A stretch of 64,000 nt of DNA from Haliotis rubra (lineage: Eukaryota), in NCBI RefSeq assembly GCF_003918875.1, contig NW_025765507.1, forward strand, positions 1-64,000. Reading direction: 5' to 3'. Below the pieces are notes generated by a model, which did no database searches, was not told where the DNA came from, and was given only the letters and a program-made list of their open reading frames with translations. Shown piece after piece: positions 1 to 12,750 of the stretch. Position 1 is the stretch's first letter; each line of letters starts with the position of its first letter. Position numbers and translations under genes: made by a program.

Positions 1-119
1 CGCATTGCACCCATAACAAGGAATCAAACCCCGACCTTTATAGTGACATGCACCAGGCCACTACACCAAAACGTGCAGGGTAATGCTAAATATTTCCAAA
101 CTTTCTGTCTTTGTTGCAG

Positions 120-2889
120 TATACATTCACCCAGAAGCTATTGACATTATCAACGAACACAACGTCTCCCAGCCTCTGTTTATGTACCTGCCCTATCAGA
201 ATGTGCATGCTCCGATTGAGGGTGAAGTCTTCTGTCAACTAGTTTCTCTAGGAGAACTTTGCATCTGCTCTCTCTATATTAATTCGTGTTTTAATGGAAA
301 TGGGTTTGGTACTAGATTACACAAGGTCAACGCCACTTCTGAGAGGAATGGAATCAGGAGGTTCTGGGATTAGACATGCAGACTAGAGAGTGCAGTTGTT
401 TTCAGGATTGAATGATGTGATGTACTAGCCTAAATGCATTTGGACTGCATAATGTATTTAGCAATTGTGAAAATGTTCTTGATGACGATTTGTCTCTACT
501 CAACACTTTCATATACTGTAAATGTTATCTCACGGGGGCAAATATCAGCACAAATCACCAGATATGTCAGTTGCTGCGATTTTCATATGTCATGCAGATT
601 CACTTTTAATTCGCCAATCGTATTATTTTCAGGTTCCTGAAAAGTACTACAACATGTATCCTAATGTGATGAACAGAAGGCCGCAGGACATATTCAGGTA
701 CAGTTTGTTCTCACTTCTCACGTTCCTCCGAAACTTCACCATTCCAACTCGAGCTGTGGATCGAGCTGCAGTCGATGGCCCGTCGCCAGGCCGTCTCACA
801 CCAAATGACGTTAACAATTAGACTAGTTCCGTGTTATCATACCTTTAGCCTGAAACTGCTGAGGGCTTGCCACCACGGAGTTAATTTAATGTGCCAAAAT
901 GGGGAATCCATGTTAAAGAGTGAATATATTCAAACATGACACAATGCTTACATGCATGATTGTATGCTGATATGATATATTTTCAGGGATGGTTTCTGCC
1001 CTCGACGAAGCAGTTGGAAACGTTACACAGGCACTGAAAGAGAAGGGGTTGTTTGAAAACACACTCATTCTGTTTACAGCTGATGTAAGGAGAGTCGTCT
1101 TCATAATTTATAGACCGAAATGCTGAGAAAGTGTATACCATAATAGCAAAGGATTCATGAAAATCTCGTTTATGAGTACAAATATCCTGAATCATACATA
1201 ATTCCTAACGGCCTTGGTTAAGATTGTTGATTGTGCAGCAAATTGAAAATTCAAAGAATCAATAAAATTCGTTAAACTGTTAACATGTGGAATAGTAATA
1301 TCTGCATTCTGCATTATTCACCTTTGAGGAGTTTCATTTCACTTCAGAATGGCGGTCCTATCATTAGTTATGCTTGCAACTGGCCTCTGAGGAGGAGGGA
1401 AGCACTCAATCTGGGAGGGGGGCACCAGAGGGGCATCCTTCATGTACGGTGCTGGACTAAAGAAAACCAAGACAACTTACAATGGGTTCGTTGATGTCAT
1501 GAGTATATTGTTGGACAAAGTAAAGAGAAGTAGAATGACAGTACATAAATAGTGACACACGGGGCGACTAATGTTCCTCTGTGCTGGAGATACCATGTTA
1601 ACGAGACTGGTCAGTACAGATAGAAACACTCCGGTAATCACTGACTCATGTCATTACAGAATGATGCATGCTGTAGACTGGAAGCCTACCTTAGTGACAG
1701 CAGCAGGTGGAACGCCCGGTAATAAGCACAGAGATTTCATTTGGTTATTTTTTGTTATGTTTTTGCTGTTTTATACAATATTTAAACGCAGCACTATTCG
1801 AACCATTAATATTCGAGTCTACAACAGGCAAGAGAGTAGATATTATCATGAATATGCAACAACACAATAGCGATAGCAGTGTTGATAAGTTGTTGCAAAG
1901 ACAAAATTCGTGTGACTTAAAATTTGCCCTTTACCAAAGACACAATTTTGTGAAATAACGAAATCATAATGAATAGGCAAGGAAATGTGAAGTTTGTCAT
2001 ACTATACTCTATTTACTTTTAGACGATATTACTTGAATGTCACGATTATCAACATCATTGTAGAGACGTCAATCGATGGTATAAGTCACTGGGAATCCAT
2101 CAGGAATGGCCTTCCGTCGTCAAGGACCGAGTTTATATACAACCTTGACGACTTCGAACCTGCAGTGGAGGGCCATGCTGGAATACGGTATCAGGTTCCA
2201 AAGACTACTTTGTAATATCCGTCTTTAACCGAGTATACATCAAGACAAGACACGAACACCTAGACATTATCTCTGTGCCAATAAATTAAGATCTAAATTA
2301 AGAACTGAACTTTAACTATGGGAATTCTTTACATAATGTTGAATAACATTTCTAAAATGAATAATATAAATTATGCTCAACGAAGAGTGCAGGTGTAAAG
2401 AACTGAAACTTGTTGTTCACAGGGTTGGAGACTACAAGCTGATAATGGGCTACCCAGGTGGACCTGATGGTTGGCACAAGCCTATGAACGGAACAGAAAG
2501 GGAATTTTATGAGACCATTGTATATTTTAAAGGCGATAGTCCAGTGCAGCTCTACAATATACGTGGTAGGTGCCGAAAATATTTATTTACGCAAATAGGT
2601 TTGCTAAAATGATTGTTACGTTACGAGCAGAATTCACCTTGATCGATATTGATAGACATTGATAAGGAAACATGTTGTTTTAAAACACGTCAGTGTCAAC
2701 CCTTCTCCATTAACAGAGGATCCTACTGAGCATAACGACCTGGCAGCACAGATGCCGGACATTGTTGACAAACTAAGAGCCCGGATAGAGGACTACCGGA
2801 AGCAGATGGTTCCCGCCCTCTACCCTCCTCCTGATCCTGCATCTAACCCTAAAAACTTCGGAAACGTCTGGAGCCCCGGATGGTGTTGA
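120..2889 (+). CDS. ARSB: Arylsulfatase B-like gene A, exons 7-14 (5' part outside window; apparent frameshifts in exons 7, 8 and 10)
   Basis: AG/GT-bounded exons at about 120-220 ([13 protein letters not shown]), 633-697 ([10 protein letters not shown]), 987-1084 ([15 protein letters not shown]), 1348-1485 ([11 protein letters not shown]), 1660-1718 ([11 protein letters not shown]), 2064-2187, 2423-2565 (VGDYKL) and 2717-2889 (DPTE..VWSPGWC*). The symbol denotes the family, not proven orthology. Confidence 0.85.
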
Positions 2890-5127
2890 CCTTTAGATTA
2901 ACTTGTGTCTAATAATATCAATAATATTCCATTGCCATTGAAATAGAGTGGCCTGTTAAAATACCGCCTGAATGAAGTTAGTATCGCTGAAATACTAGGT
3001 GACAGTGCTATGAATTTATTTGTGTTTGTCTCATATGAGAAATAAATAAGAGTTTGCTTTGAGTGTCCATGTTATATGATGCTATCATTGATCGCCATTT
3101 AATAAATGAAAATATGACGCTTAAAGTCGATTCATGAAGTTTTGACTATGTTGAAACTATAACCATCAAGATTATGGTTCTGGCCTTAACGTGATAAACT
3201 GTGGCACCGTGGGCCATTTCGCTCAGACCACTACGGGCCATCTCTCCATACACCACCATTCAGGTCGTGAGTATGATAAATGATGTCATTATATTATTCT
3301 TCCTGGACACGGTTTACCACGTATAGTCAATTTGTGAAGCTAATTTTGTTTTATTGTCCAGAGATATTCTGTGATATAAAGGGTTATACTCGATTTCGAC
3401 AAGACACTAGATATACACACGTGGACCTGCACGTGGTCGTACGGCACAAGGCATCACTTTGTCACTGATGGGTTAAATTTGCAAGTGATTTCACAAGTCT
3501 ACCTTAAGACATGTTGAAAACTTCACTGAGGCCTTGACTCTTGAATATTTTTGAGCAAGAGTCACATGGCACTCTAGAAAGCCATGATAAGAGAAAGGTA
3601 GGGTCGATATTTTAGTATATTCCATGCTGTTTTGAGATCGGATATGCATTTCGTCTTCCTTAGTATTTAAAGGTGACAGGTATTGAACCTATAACTTGTA
3701 GAAATATTTTTTAAAAACAGATGTTAAATTTCAAAAACACACACAATTAATGACACAACTTCTGAAACGGTAGTGATTAAAATTATTTTTGCCATATAGC
3801 CGCAATATTGCTGAGTGCGGCGTAAAACTTAACTCATTCACTCACTAAGATTATTAGCTCTTGCATTTTTAAGACAAATAAATCACCTTTTCAAACAGCT
3901 TCGGAAATGTGTAATATACTGCTATATGGAGGCGTGTTGCAAACACTAAAAATATGACTCAGTATTTGAGGTACATCATTTCGGTTAGAGTTATTGCATG
4001 CGTCATGGGTCGTCATGGGTACAGGGTCATTCGTAGTGTTAACGTCTATTCTTTTTAAAGTATGCCATAGCCAAACCAAACGAGCGAGGTGGATGTTGGT
4101 AACACAATCAGTACATCTATAGTTCCTGACGTGTGGGAGATTGCTACATAAAGCTTTATGTGTGAAACACTCAGTGAAGAAGAACGTCACACAGGAAATT
4201 TGGGAGTTCATCGTCATTTTCAGCCCATTAAGAAGACAGATAACTGAAATCGCTAGGAATCTCTGAGAACAGATCTACTCACACACTTCCATATAAGGAA
4301 AGGTCCAGTCAACATAATATGTTACTATTCTTCACACAAGTAGCACCTGGCACTTCACGGAGTCTATAACAAACTTGGGAAGAGTGGTGGTGTGTTGTCC
4401 TGTACATAGAGCTCAGGTCACAAATCAGTTGAAGGTAAGCAACGTTGAGTGCGGAGATGCATGGCCGTGTTTGGCAGCTTGACTCCTGAAAGTTTCTAGG
4501 ACTTCAGCCCTGCCCACAACAAAGCACATGTGGTAGATGTGGTCTCACCTGAGTCATGTGAGTTTGTTCAAAATTGCCTCTGTTCACCAAGCAGTAAATG
4601 GGTACCCGGTGAGATGAGTCATGCGACTATTAACCTTCTGGGGCCATATGGGCAGCTTGGGTTATCCTGGGTTATCGGCGCTTCTGGGCAGCGACTAACA
4701 AATGACATCAAACTTGGGAAGAGCATAAAAATAGAATAGACACGTTCTTTTTGTGTGCACTAGTGATGATGGATGATCCAGCCCTGGGAATTCTTGAAGA
4801 GATCAATCAAATTTGTTTTGACATAACCTCACGCCAAAACTGACGCACACGTAGTATATGCAGTGTATCCAGCCCTAGGCAAATGCCTTCTTTTCGAAAT
4901 ATATCTCTTGGTCTCAAATGTAGACTGGGTTGCATGCTGACCAAGGGACTGAGAATGAAAGTCGAGTGCACCCACATATATTAGCAGGGAGCATAATGTA
5001 GTGCTCTAAACATGCAAAATGGCTGTGATTTGTGACATATGCGGGCCATTGAGACGTTTGAAGGTAAAATGGGTCTCAAATTCAAGATTAAATTCTACAT
5101 TTACCAACAAGCGCACATGTATATTGA

Positions 5128-5292
5128 GGGGCGGTTGGGTGGCCTGGTGGTTAATGCTTTCACTCGCCACGCCGAAGTTCCTGGTTCGATTCCCCGAATA
5201 CGTACAATGTGTGAAGTCCATTTCTGGTGTCCCCGGCCGTAATATTGCTGGAATATTGCTAAAAGCGGCGTAAACTAAACTCACTCACTCAC
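5128..5292 (+). mobile_element. tRNA-derived SINE, family 1
   Basis: A-box/B-box-like head (GGTGGCCTGGTGG..GGTTCGATTCCC), body ending AATATTGCTAAAAGCGGCGTAAA and a (TCAC)n tail; multiple copies in the window. Confidence 0.8.
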
Positions 5293-5417
5293 ATGTATAT
5301 TGCACATCACCTACATGGGTCACTTACATCTCATGAAAATACGGGTTTGAACTGTTCGTAAACAACCCATGCAAGAGGCGACTGTCGGGATCAGATATAT
5401 GGCTCAGAGACACTGAT

Positions 5418-5866
5418 GAGTGAGTGAGTTAATATTTAACGTCACATCGGCAATATTTCAGCCATATCGTGACGAGAACATTTGATATTGAAACGAAATA
5501 TATCTATATCATAAAAACCCGCCGACGAAGGACAGTAAAACAACTAGAATATCACAGTTAGACATGTAAAACTAGTAATTAAATCTAAAATATTTGAACT
5601 ATAGGTGACAACACAATATAAAAATAGGCTATATATCGCCAACAGCTGAAGGTAGATCACCATACTAGAGACCATGGGGACTTACAGTCCATTTGCTTCC
5701 TGAATGGACCCTAGCTGGATTTACACCATCCCTTCAGCTATTAGCAATTTGAGAAAATCTAGCCACAAATTAAACGAACAGATATTCTACGATTAAAATG
5801 GTAGTAGGTTTAAATCCACTTCGAATGTATTGGGACTTACGTACCCTCTCAGGAGGACAATAATTT
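5418..5866 (-). mobile_element. 5'-truncated LINE 3' end with TSD
   Basis: Homologous to 8480-8930; flanked by the direct repeat GAGACACTGATGAGTG (about 5407 and 5867); (TGAG)n tail. Confidence 0.8.
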
Positions 5867-6404
5867 GAGACACTGATGAGTGTCAGTGAGTTAATATTTA
5901 GCGTCACATCGCCAGTTGTAAATGGGAGACGGAGACATACAGTAGTGAACAAGCTCCAGTACAGATGGCTAGTGCCAGTGAAATCAGAGCATGAGGCCAT
6001 CGTGCTACTGTTGACTGTGGAGAGTGCACCAGGAACACCTTGATGTCTAATCCTGTTTTCGTGTACGTTCATTACGGCGTTAAGCCAGATTTATCCACCA
6101 GCAACACAAATAGTTCTAGATGGGTATGTTTGGGACATACACTAACACATGTGAAGATATTTTTGCTTACTATAGTGTGCAAAAGCTATGGAGGAGACGT
6201 ACATTCTTGTGATCCGTCAGCTAAATATGACTATTTAAGGATTGAAGTTCTTTTTGTTGATGTTCGTCAGCTGATGAAGAAAGTGCCTAACCTGAGCTTA
6301 TTGTAAGTATTCATGTTATACGCCTGCTATATACTTCACGTCTGCAGCAAAGCGTGTCTGCACGTGTTATTTTGTATGTGACGAGGTTTTATGTCACAAT
6401 TGTT

Positions 6405-6432
6405 GCATATTTCCGTTATCTGACAGGAATGT
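6405..6432 (+). promoter_or_regulatory. Conserved upstream block with GATA-type motif (gene B)
   Basis: GCATATTTCCGTTATCTGACAGGAATGT about 285 bp before the ATG of gene B; near-identical blocks at about 12535-12562 and 15572-15599. Confidence 0.45.
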
Positions 6433-7344
6433 GCGTCATTGTAGGTACATTCCGTGGCTCATTGCCAGTAAATGACGTTTGAAAATATCCTGTAAGTTCA
6501 CTAACATTTGTTTCATGTGTTAAAACTTAGCACTTTCACTGATAAAGCTTGCAAAATGTGGTGTTGACGCATACCAGTACATGAAGGTCAAGCAGATATA
6601 GAAACGCTTTATCACTCTCATTCTAGTCTAGACATTGGAACGTTTTCTTAAAAGTAGGTACTGACAAAGGTTCACATTTGTGATTACCAAGCAAGCGTGA
6701 TGGAGGCTCAACAGTTCCTTGCTGTGTTCCTAGTTTCAATATCCCTGACATCAGCACAACGTCCAAATATCGTGTTCATTGTGGCAGATGACCTGGGTGA
6801 GTGTAGATTTTACAGGCAGTAAGAAAGTCGATATCAAGTTAACTAGTGTTCAGTTTATATGTTTCTATTATTTAATCCTTATGTATATATAATAATAATG
6901 GTGGTGTATAGTCTACATATCCGACCATTAAGGGAACTCTTTGTGTTTATACAGGCTGGAATGATGTTGGTTTCCGGAATCCTGAAGACCCCAAACATCG
7001 ACAAACTGGCCACAGAAGGAATCATCTTCGAGAATGCATATGTCCAGCCTCTGTGCACCCCGTAAAGTTGTTTATATGATATTGCAACCAAATTTCAAGA
7101 AAGCATAAGAGACGACACCAATTGCATCAGTACTTGCATTACATAACATATCACGCACTTAAAGATCTTATACATCCGTTAATGCAAACTTGTTCACTAT
7201 ATGGCTGGAATAATGCCGATGTGACGTAAAACCCAACCCCTCAACTCAACTCAACTCAACTCAACTACTACTTCTCACACATACTTTTCAGGATAGTTAC
7301 ACATGATATTAATTTACAGTTCATATATTTTCTTTATTCTAAAA

Positions 7345-7509
7345 GGGGCGGTGGTGTAGCCTAATGGTTAAAGCGTTGGCTCGTCACGCCGAAGACCCAG
7401 GTTCGATCCCCACATGGACACAATGTGTTAAGCCCATTTCTGGTGTCCCCGCCGTGATATTGCTGGAATATTGCTAAAAGCGCGTAAAACTAAACTCAGT
7501 CAGTCAGTC
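7345..7509 (+). mobile_element. tRNA-derived SINE, family 1
   Basis: GGGGCGGTGGTGTAGCCTAATGG..GGTTCGATCCC..AATATTGCTAAAAG with (TCAG)n tail. Confidence 0.8.
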
Positions 7510-7539
7510 TTTCTTCTCCGCCTTGGCAATTGGTTAGGC

Positions 7540-8930
7540 CACAAGTTGACCTAGCATTAACCACATTTAAAAAACAGAAACAAATGAATTACAGTATAAA
7601 CAAGAATTTAGTCAATTAAGAAATAAATATAAAACATATAAATACTTATTTACAGATGGGTCCGGTGGGGGTAGCTTGTGCCCTCAGTGGTTAAAGCGTT
7701 GGCTCGTCACGCCGAAGACGCCGCTCTTAGATTCGATAAACACCGTACATGGGCACAATGTGTTAAGCCCATTTCTGCCTTCAGACCATTTAAAACCGTT
7801 CTTGTAAGCATCCACTTTTAACAGAGATTATTGAATTGTATACTGAACTTGCTACTGGTCAATGCGACATCGTCTTTTGTTGGTTACCCAGCCATGTTGG
7901 CATTTCTGGGAACACAATGGCTGATCCTACTGCTAAGGCAGCACTCAACAAATCTGTGAGACCACTTCTTATCCCATACTCTGATTGCAAAGCTAGCATT
8001 AGAACCTACATCCGTGATCTGATGCAGAAGAAGTGGGATACCCAGGTATGTACTAATACATTACATGCAATATAACCTTATATTGGTTACACCTACTTGG
8101 GTTGTCAGTCCAGATTTGAAGAGGTCATTTATGCGACGATGTCGCATTGGCCATACTAGATATACTCACGAATAGTTATTGAAAGGCGAAGAGCCTCCGT
8201 TTTGTATCCTTGGTGATGAAAGGATCACAATCAAGCATGTCTTGCTTGACTGCATCGAATATTCCATCACAAGGGATAACTATTTCAAAGTAAAAACTAT
8301 GAAGGATCTTTTTAATAATGTCAGTTCTCATTTAATTATTGCATTTTTAAAAAAAATAGATTTGTTAAATGATTTGTAAATAGATAAATGGTATTTTAAA
8401 CGTGGTAGTATAAATTAGCAACTGTGATTGTTAGTGGCTGTATCCTCGAAGGGGGTTGAAGTAGCGTAAAAGTATTGTCCTCCTGAGAGGATACGTAAGT
8501 CCCAAAACTTTCAAAGTTAAAGTTATGCTTACCTGATTTTTAAACGTAGTATATTTGTTCTTTTAAAATTCGGCTAAACTCTTCCTACAATCGCCAGCGG
8601 CTGGAGGGATGGTGTAAATCCAACTAGGGTCCATGCAGGTAGCAAAGGTACTCTAAGTCCCCATGGTCCCTAGTATGGTGATCTACCTTCAGTTGTTGGC
8701 GATCTATAGCCTGTTTTTATATTGTGTTGTCTCCTATAGTTAGAATGTTTTAGACTTAATTACTAGTTTTTCATGTATATATGTCATCTTCTCGTTGTTT
8801 TACTGTCCTTCGTCAGCAGGTTTTATAATATCTATATATATTCTATTTCAATGTCAAATGTTCTCGTCACGATATGGCTGAGATATTGCCGATGTGACTT
8901 TAAATAATAACTCAATCACTCACTCACTCA
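7540..8930 (+). mobile_element. LINE (I/Nimb-like) 3' portion: RNase H, C-terminal zinc-knuckle remnant and 3'UTR
   Basis: Translations LFTDGS, IVFCWLPSHVGISGNTMADPTAKAA, RCRIGHTRYTHE and PPFC..TIKHVLLDC are typical of non-LTR RNase H and CCHC regions; (TCAC)n tail. Confidence 0.85.
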
Positions 8931-9420
8931 TTCTCAGTAATAGTAATATACCACTGACCATTCAGAATGGAGGCGCGCTCGAAGCATGCGCAAACAACTG
9001 GCCTTTGAGAGGAGGCAAACACACTATCTGGGGAGGGCACGAGGGGCATATCCTTCATGCATGGCGCTGGACTCCAGAAGACGAGGACAACATACGATGG
9101 GTAACAACATAGAATACAGTCAGGCCAATTTCAAACATCCTAATTTTGTAAGCGTTCCATTTATAATCATATGATTTGTAGGTTAGCATGTTTCATAGAC
9201 ATGTGGTTAGTCCGTAAATCTCGCACAGCGCATAGCATCTGAAACAAATCATGTTCCTGTCAACATAACCTAGCTTTTATCATTACACAATTGTTACAAT
9301 TTTATTGCATTTTAAGATTTTGTTTTTGCAAATCACAGCTTTAATATATTATCAATTTAACTCTCCTTACTTTTTTAAATCATTAACCAAAACAAATTCA
9401 AGTCTTTCAGTCAATGGTAG

Positions 9421-9527
9421 ACTGACTGACTCACTGACTGAGTTTGGTTTTACACCAGTTAGCAACATTCCAGCAACATCACGGCGGGGACACCAGAAAT
9501 GGGCTTCACACATTGTACCCATGTGGG
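9421..9527 (-). mobile_element. SINE family 1, 3' fragment
   Basis: Reverse complement of the SINE body; AGTCAATGGTAGAC is repeated on both sides (TSD). Confidence 0.7.
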
Positions 9528-10078
9528 AAGTCAATGGTAGACAGATTTGGGCATGTGGATTCTATTTATGTATAAGTAACACAGCTTCTATCAATAAACA
9601 GGATGATCCACGCTGTAGACTGGAAGCCAACTTTAGTATCAGCTGCTGGGGAACACCAGGTAAGGAGATTCGCAATTTCCTTAAATTTAGTCACAATTAC
9701 AATCATAAACGATTATTTTATGAGCACTGAGAATATAATTATTTTGAATTTAGAACAGTTCCGAATAAGTAATACTAGGTTAAGGACAACAAAGTGTTGT
9801 TAAAACAATTCTTTCTATACTATAGAAACTACGATTGATGGAATGAGTCACTGGGATTCTATTCGAAATGGCCTTCCCTCATCAAGGACTGAGTTCATCT
9901 ACAACATCGACGACATGGAAGTTCCCGTCGAAGGGCATGCTGGACTAAGGTATTTCACAAATTATTTTTAAGATCACTTGCAATCAGTTGCTACAATTAT
10001 CTCTACCGATGCGTTACTTGCCTGATAAATGGCCTATTCCAGAGGCAATATAACATGTCACTTCTCTCTACTGATTCC

Positions 10079-10292
10079 TGGGCCCCGTTTCACAAAGCTC
10101 TCGTAAGCCCTAAGATCTCGTAACTTTTCTCGTAGCATTCGTACCTCCTCTGTTATAAGAGGTACGAATGCTACTAGAAAAGTTACGAGATCTTATGTTA
10201 ATAAGTTTCTGCCCTGGATGAATTTTGGAGGTACGAATGCTACGAAAAAAGTTACGAGATCTTAGGCTTACGAGAGCTTTGCGAAACGGTCT
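10079..10292. mobile_element. Palindromic MITE (Harbinger-like termini)
   Basis: About 65-bp inverted repeats CCGTTTCACAAAGCTCTCGTAAGCC..CGTACCTCC / GGAGGTACG..GGCTTACGAGAGCTTTGCGAAACGG, plus an internal extra arm copy. Confidence 0.75.
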
Positions 10293-12494
10293 TAAATGTA
10301 GTGAAATATGCATTTGATGTGCATTTGCTGTGTCTCCTGTGTTTCAGATTAGGAGACTATAAGCTGTTGCTGGGATACCCAGGAGCTGCTGACGGCTGGC
10401 ACAGACCAATGAACACAACCCAGTATGAAACATATGAACAGATAGTTTACCTCAAAGGCGATAAACCAGTCCATCTATTCAACATTCGAGGTGCGCAATT
10501 AACATACACGCTTCATGTGTTTCCCTAGTTGCTGAATATTCAGCACCTATATGTAATGTTTGTAATACTACAAAACAACTTACCGTGTGTTTGAATTTGA
10601 CCGGTGATATAATTTTCAACCCACAGTTGTATTCAAATGAACCCACTCATACTGGTCCAAGAGATGCTTTGTCAAAAGATTTTAGCATTTAACATCTTAT
10701 ATAATAATTGATTCAGATCCCAGAGCAGATTCAGATCAAACAGCAGATAAACACAGGTTGTTCTTAAAATCCCCACTCTTCTCCCAGATGTTAACTAACA
10801 ACCTCATTTCACACTTAGAGGATCCAACTGAGCACCACGACCTTGCAGAGAAGATGCCGGACATGGTGGCGAAGTTGCGTGCCCGGCTTGAGGAATACAG
10901 AAAGACGATGGTGCCAGCCAATTTCCCCGATCCAGATAATTCATTTAACCCCAAAAACTTTGGAGACGCTTGGACCCCAGGATGGTGCTAATCAGTTGCA
11001 CATTTGTCAATAAATGTATCACTGAACGATGATATGTTGCATGCTCATGATAAAGGGCAATTTGCTTTACATTAACATAATAATAGTAATGTTCACGTTT
11101 ATATGACGCCTAAAATCTAAACGTTACTGAAAGGCGCAGATCACTGGCTCTTTGAAACAGCAAACTCTTTATGCTTGAATGTCAGAAAGTCAGTGATTTG
11201 CTGTATGTGATCTGGAAGTTCATTCCAGCGGACTTGGGCCTACCTCACCAAAGGATGACGTTCGAAGTTTTTCTGCACAGTTAGTTGCTGAGAGAAAGCG
11301 GATAAGCATTCTCCATAGCCGATTCTTTGTAATGGGGTTTTAGGGATAACATGGAACTTGATGTTTGAGGGCAACAAATACGAACATCAGACGTTTGTAC
11401 ACAATTCTCTGTTGGATTGAAATCAGGTGCAATTGTCGTATGATATAAACAAAGGTTTACTGCGTGATGTGAACTATTTACGTGCCCTGCTCCTACTTAC
11501 ATTTTGACAATTCCAGCGAGACTAAAACCCGACGGAACCGATCAAATACTGACAATTTTGAAGGATGCAGGCGATTGCACGGACGCAAAGCTAATTTAAC
11601 AGGATGTGCACTATGTTTCTTCGCACTGGGAAGACTAAATTTTTTATCGATTTTATATTGTCTTTTACTGATGCTTGTAGGTGTCCCAGTGGTAAGTGTG
11701 AAGTATGCATAATGGTTCATCATACCCACAATGTATCAGTGGTAGTGTAGGTACTGAAAACACGGACAGTATGCACCCAGATTCTTGAAATCTGTTCTGG
11801 TTCACCTTGCAGTTTCAGTACACATTCAGACCTCTGTTGAGAATTGGTACAGGCTGATTTAGGCACCACGGCTTAGGCTTGCTCGGGTAATATATACACT
11901 GAATACTAGTTGTTAACGGTAAACATGTGTGTCTCATGCAAAACAACTTACCCACATATTTCTTTGTCTGTTTAAAGACGCCGAGTGAATCGCCACATTC
12001 CTGGTAATCGTTAAAGTATATGTTATGTACCTTTCATTCAAAACCGTACTCTTCTACCTGGAATTCATCCAAATGCAATTATCATTCTGAATTTACATTT
12101 GTGATTCGTGCGGAAAGCTGTTTTAATTCTTACCTCAGTTATTAAAAAAGCTAACAATATTTCGATTTAATGATTTCCAATTTGATTAATATACCCTATT
12201 ACTCATCCATAAAGCCCTATAGTGAGATGAGCACAGTTGATAACGACAGATACATGTATTCCCAACCGAAGACGGTGTATTCTTGCAACATTTACACTGC
12301 GGGAAAATCTGGACAGTTTCCTGTGCATTATAAGGTTGTTGTAAGATCACCGACGTGCGATATGGATACAACCTGTTAGCAAGTGTATCGGTAAACAAGA
12401 CAGATGTCGATATAGGTTAAGGACTCGATGGGGGATCTGGCCAACATGGCATTCTGACCTATGGACTGTATAGTATGACTTTAAAGTCCATGTT

Positions 12495-12670
12495 CCCTTG
12501 CGAAAGGCTGCACATGTCTGCAATAAAATACTCAGCATACTTTCGTTATCTGACAGGAATGTATAGACGAGCCGTTGTTAACATGTCATGGCTCATTGTT
12601 CATATAACATGTTCTTACACTGTGAAATAGACTCTTGCTCTAAATTATGCGATCGCACATTTGCTGAAAT
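12495..12670 (+). promoter_or_regulatory. Orphan copy of the B/C upstream region (belongs to the relic paralog)
   Basis: About 170 bp alignable to 15535-15710 upstream of gene C, including CGTTATCTGACAGGAATGT. Confidence 0.5.
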
Positions 12671-12679
12671 AAATGATCG

Positions 12680-12750
12680 ATAAAGGGTGTTAGAACCTAC
12701 ACCGAAACGTCGAGTCGCTCTCAGCAATAAAGGAGTTGTTCATCCATATG
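12680..12750 (+). mobile_element. Penelope-type terminal-repeat fragment with partial hammerhead ribozyme fold
   Basis: GGTGT-tagaacct-ACACC stem, then GAAAC-gtcga-GTC and AATAAAGGAGTTGTTCATCC. The CUGANGA core is not intact. Confidence 0.4.

Larger units (their letters stand above)
6700..10991 (+). pseudogene. ARSB: Arylsulfatase B-like gene B, lacking exons 3-9
   Basis: E1 6700-6796 ([33 protein letters not shown]), E2 6955-7061 (5-bp deletion relative to gene C; ends QPLCTP), then E10 8966-9100, E11 9602-9659, E12 9826-9949, E13 10348-10490, E14 10819-10991 (WTPGWC*). Only SINE/LINE sequence was recognised between E2 and E10. Confidence 0.8.
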
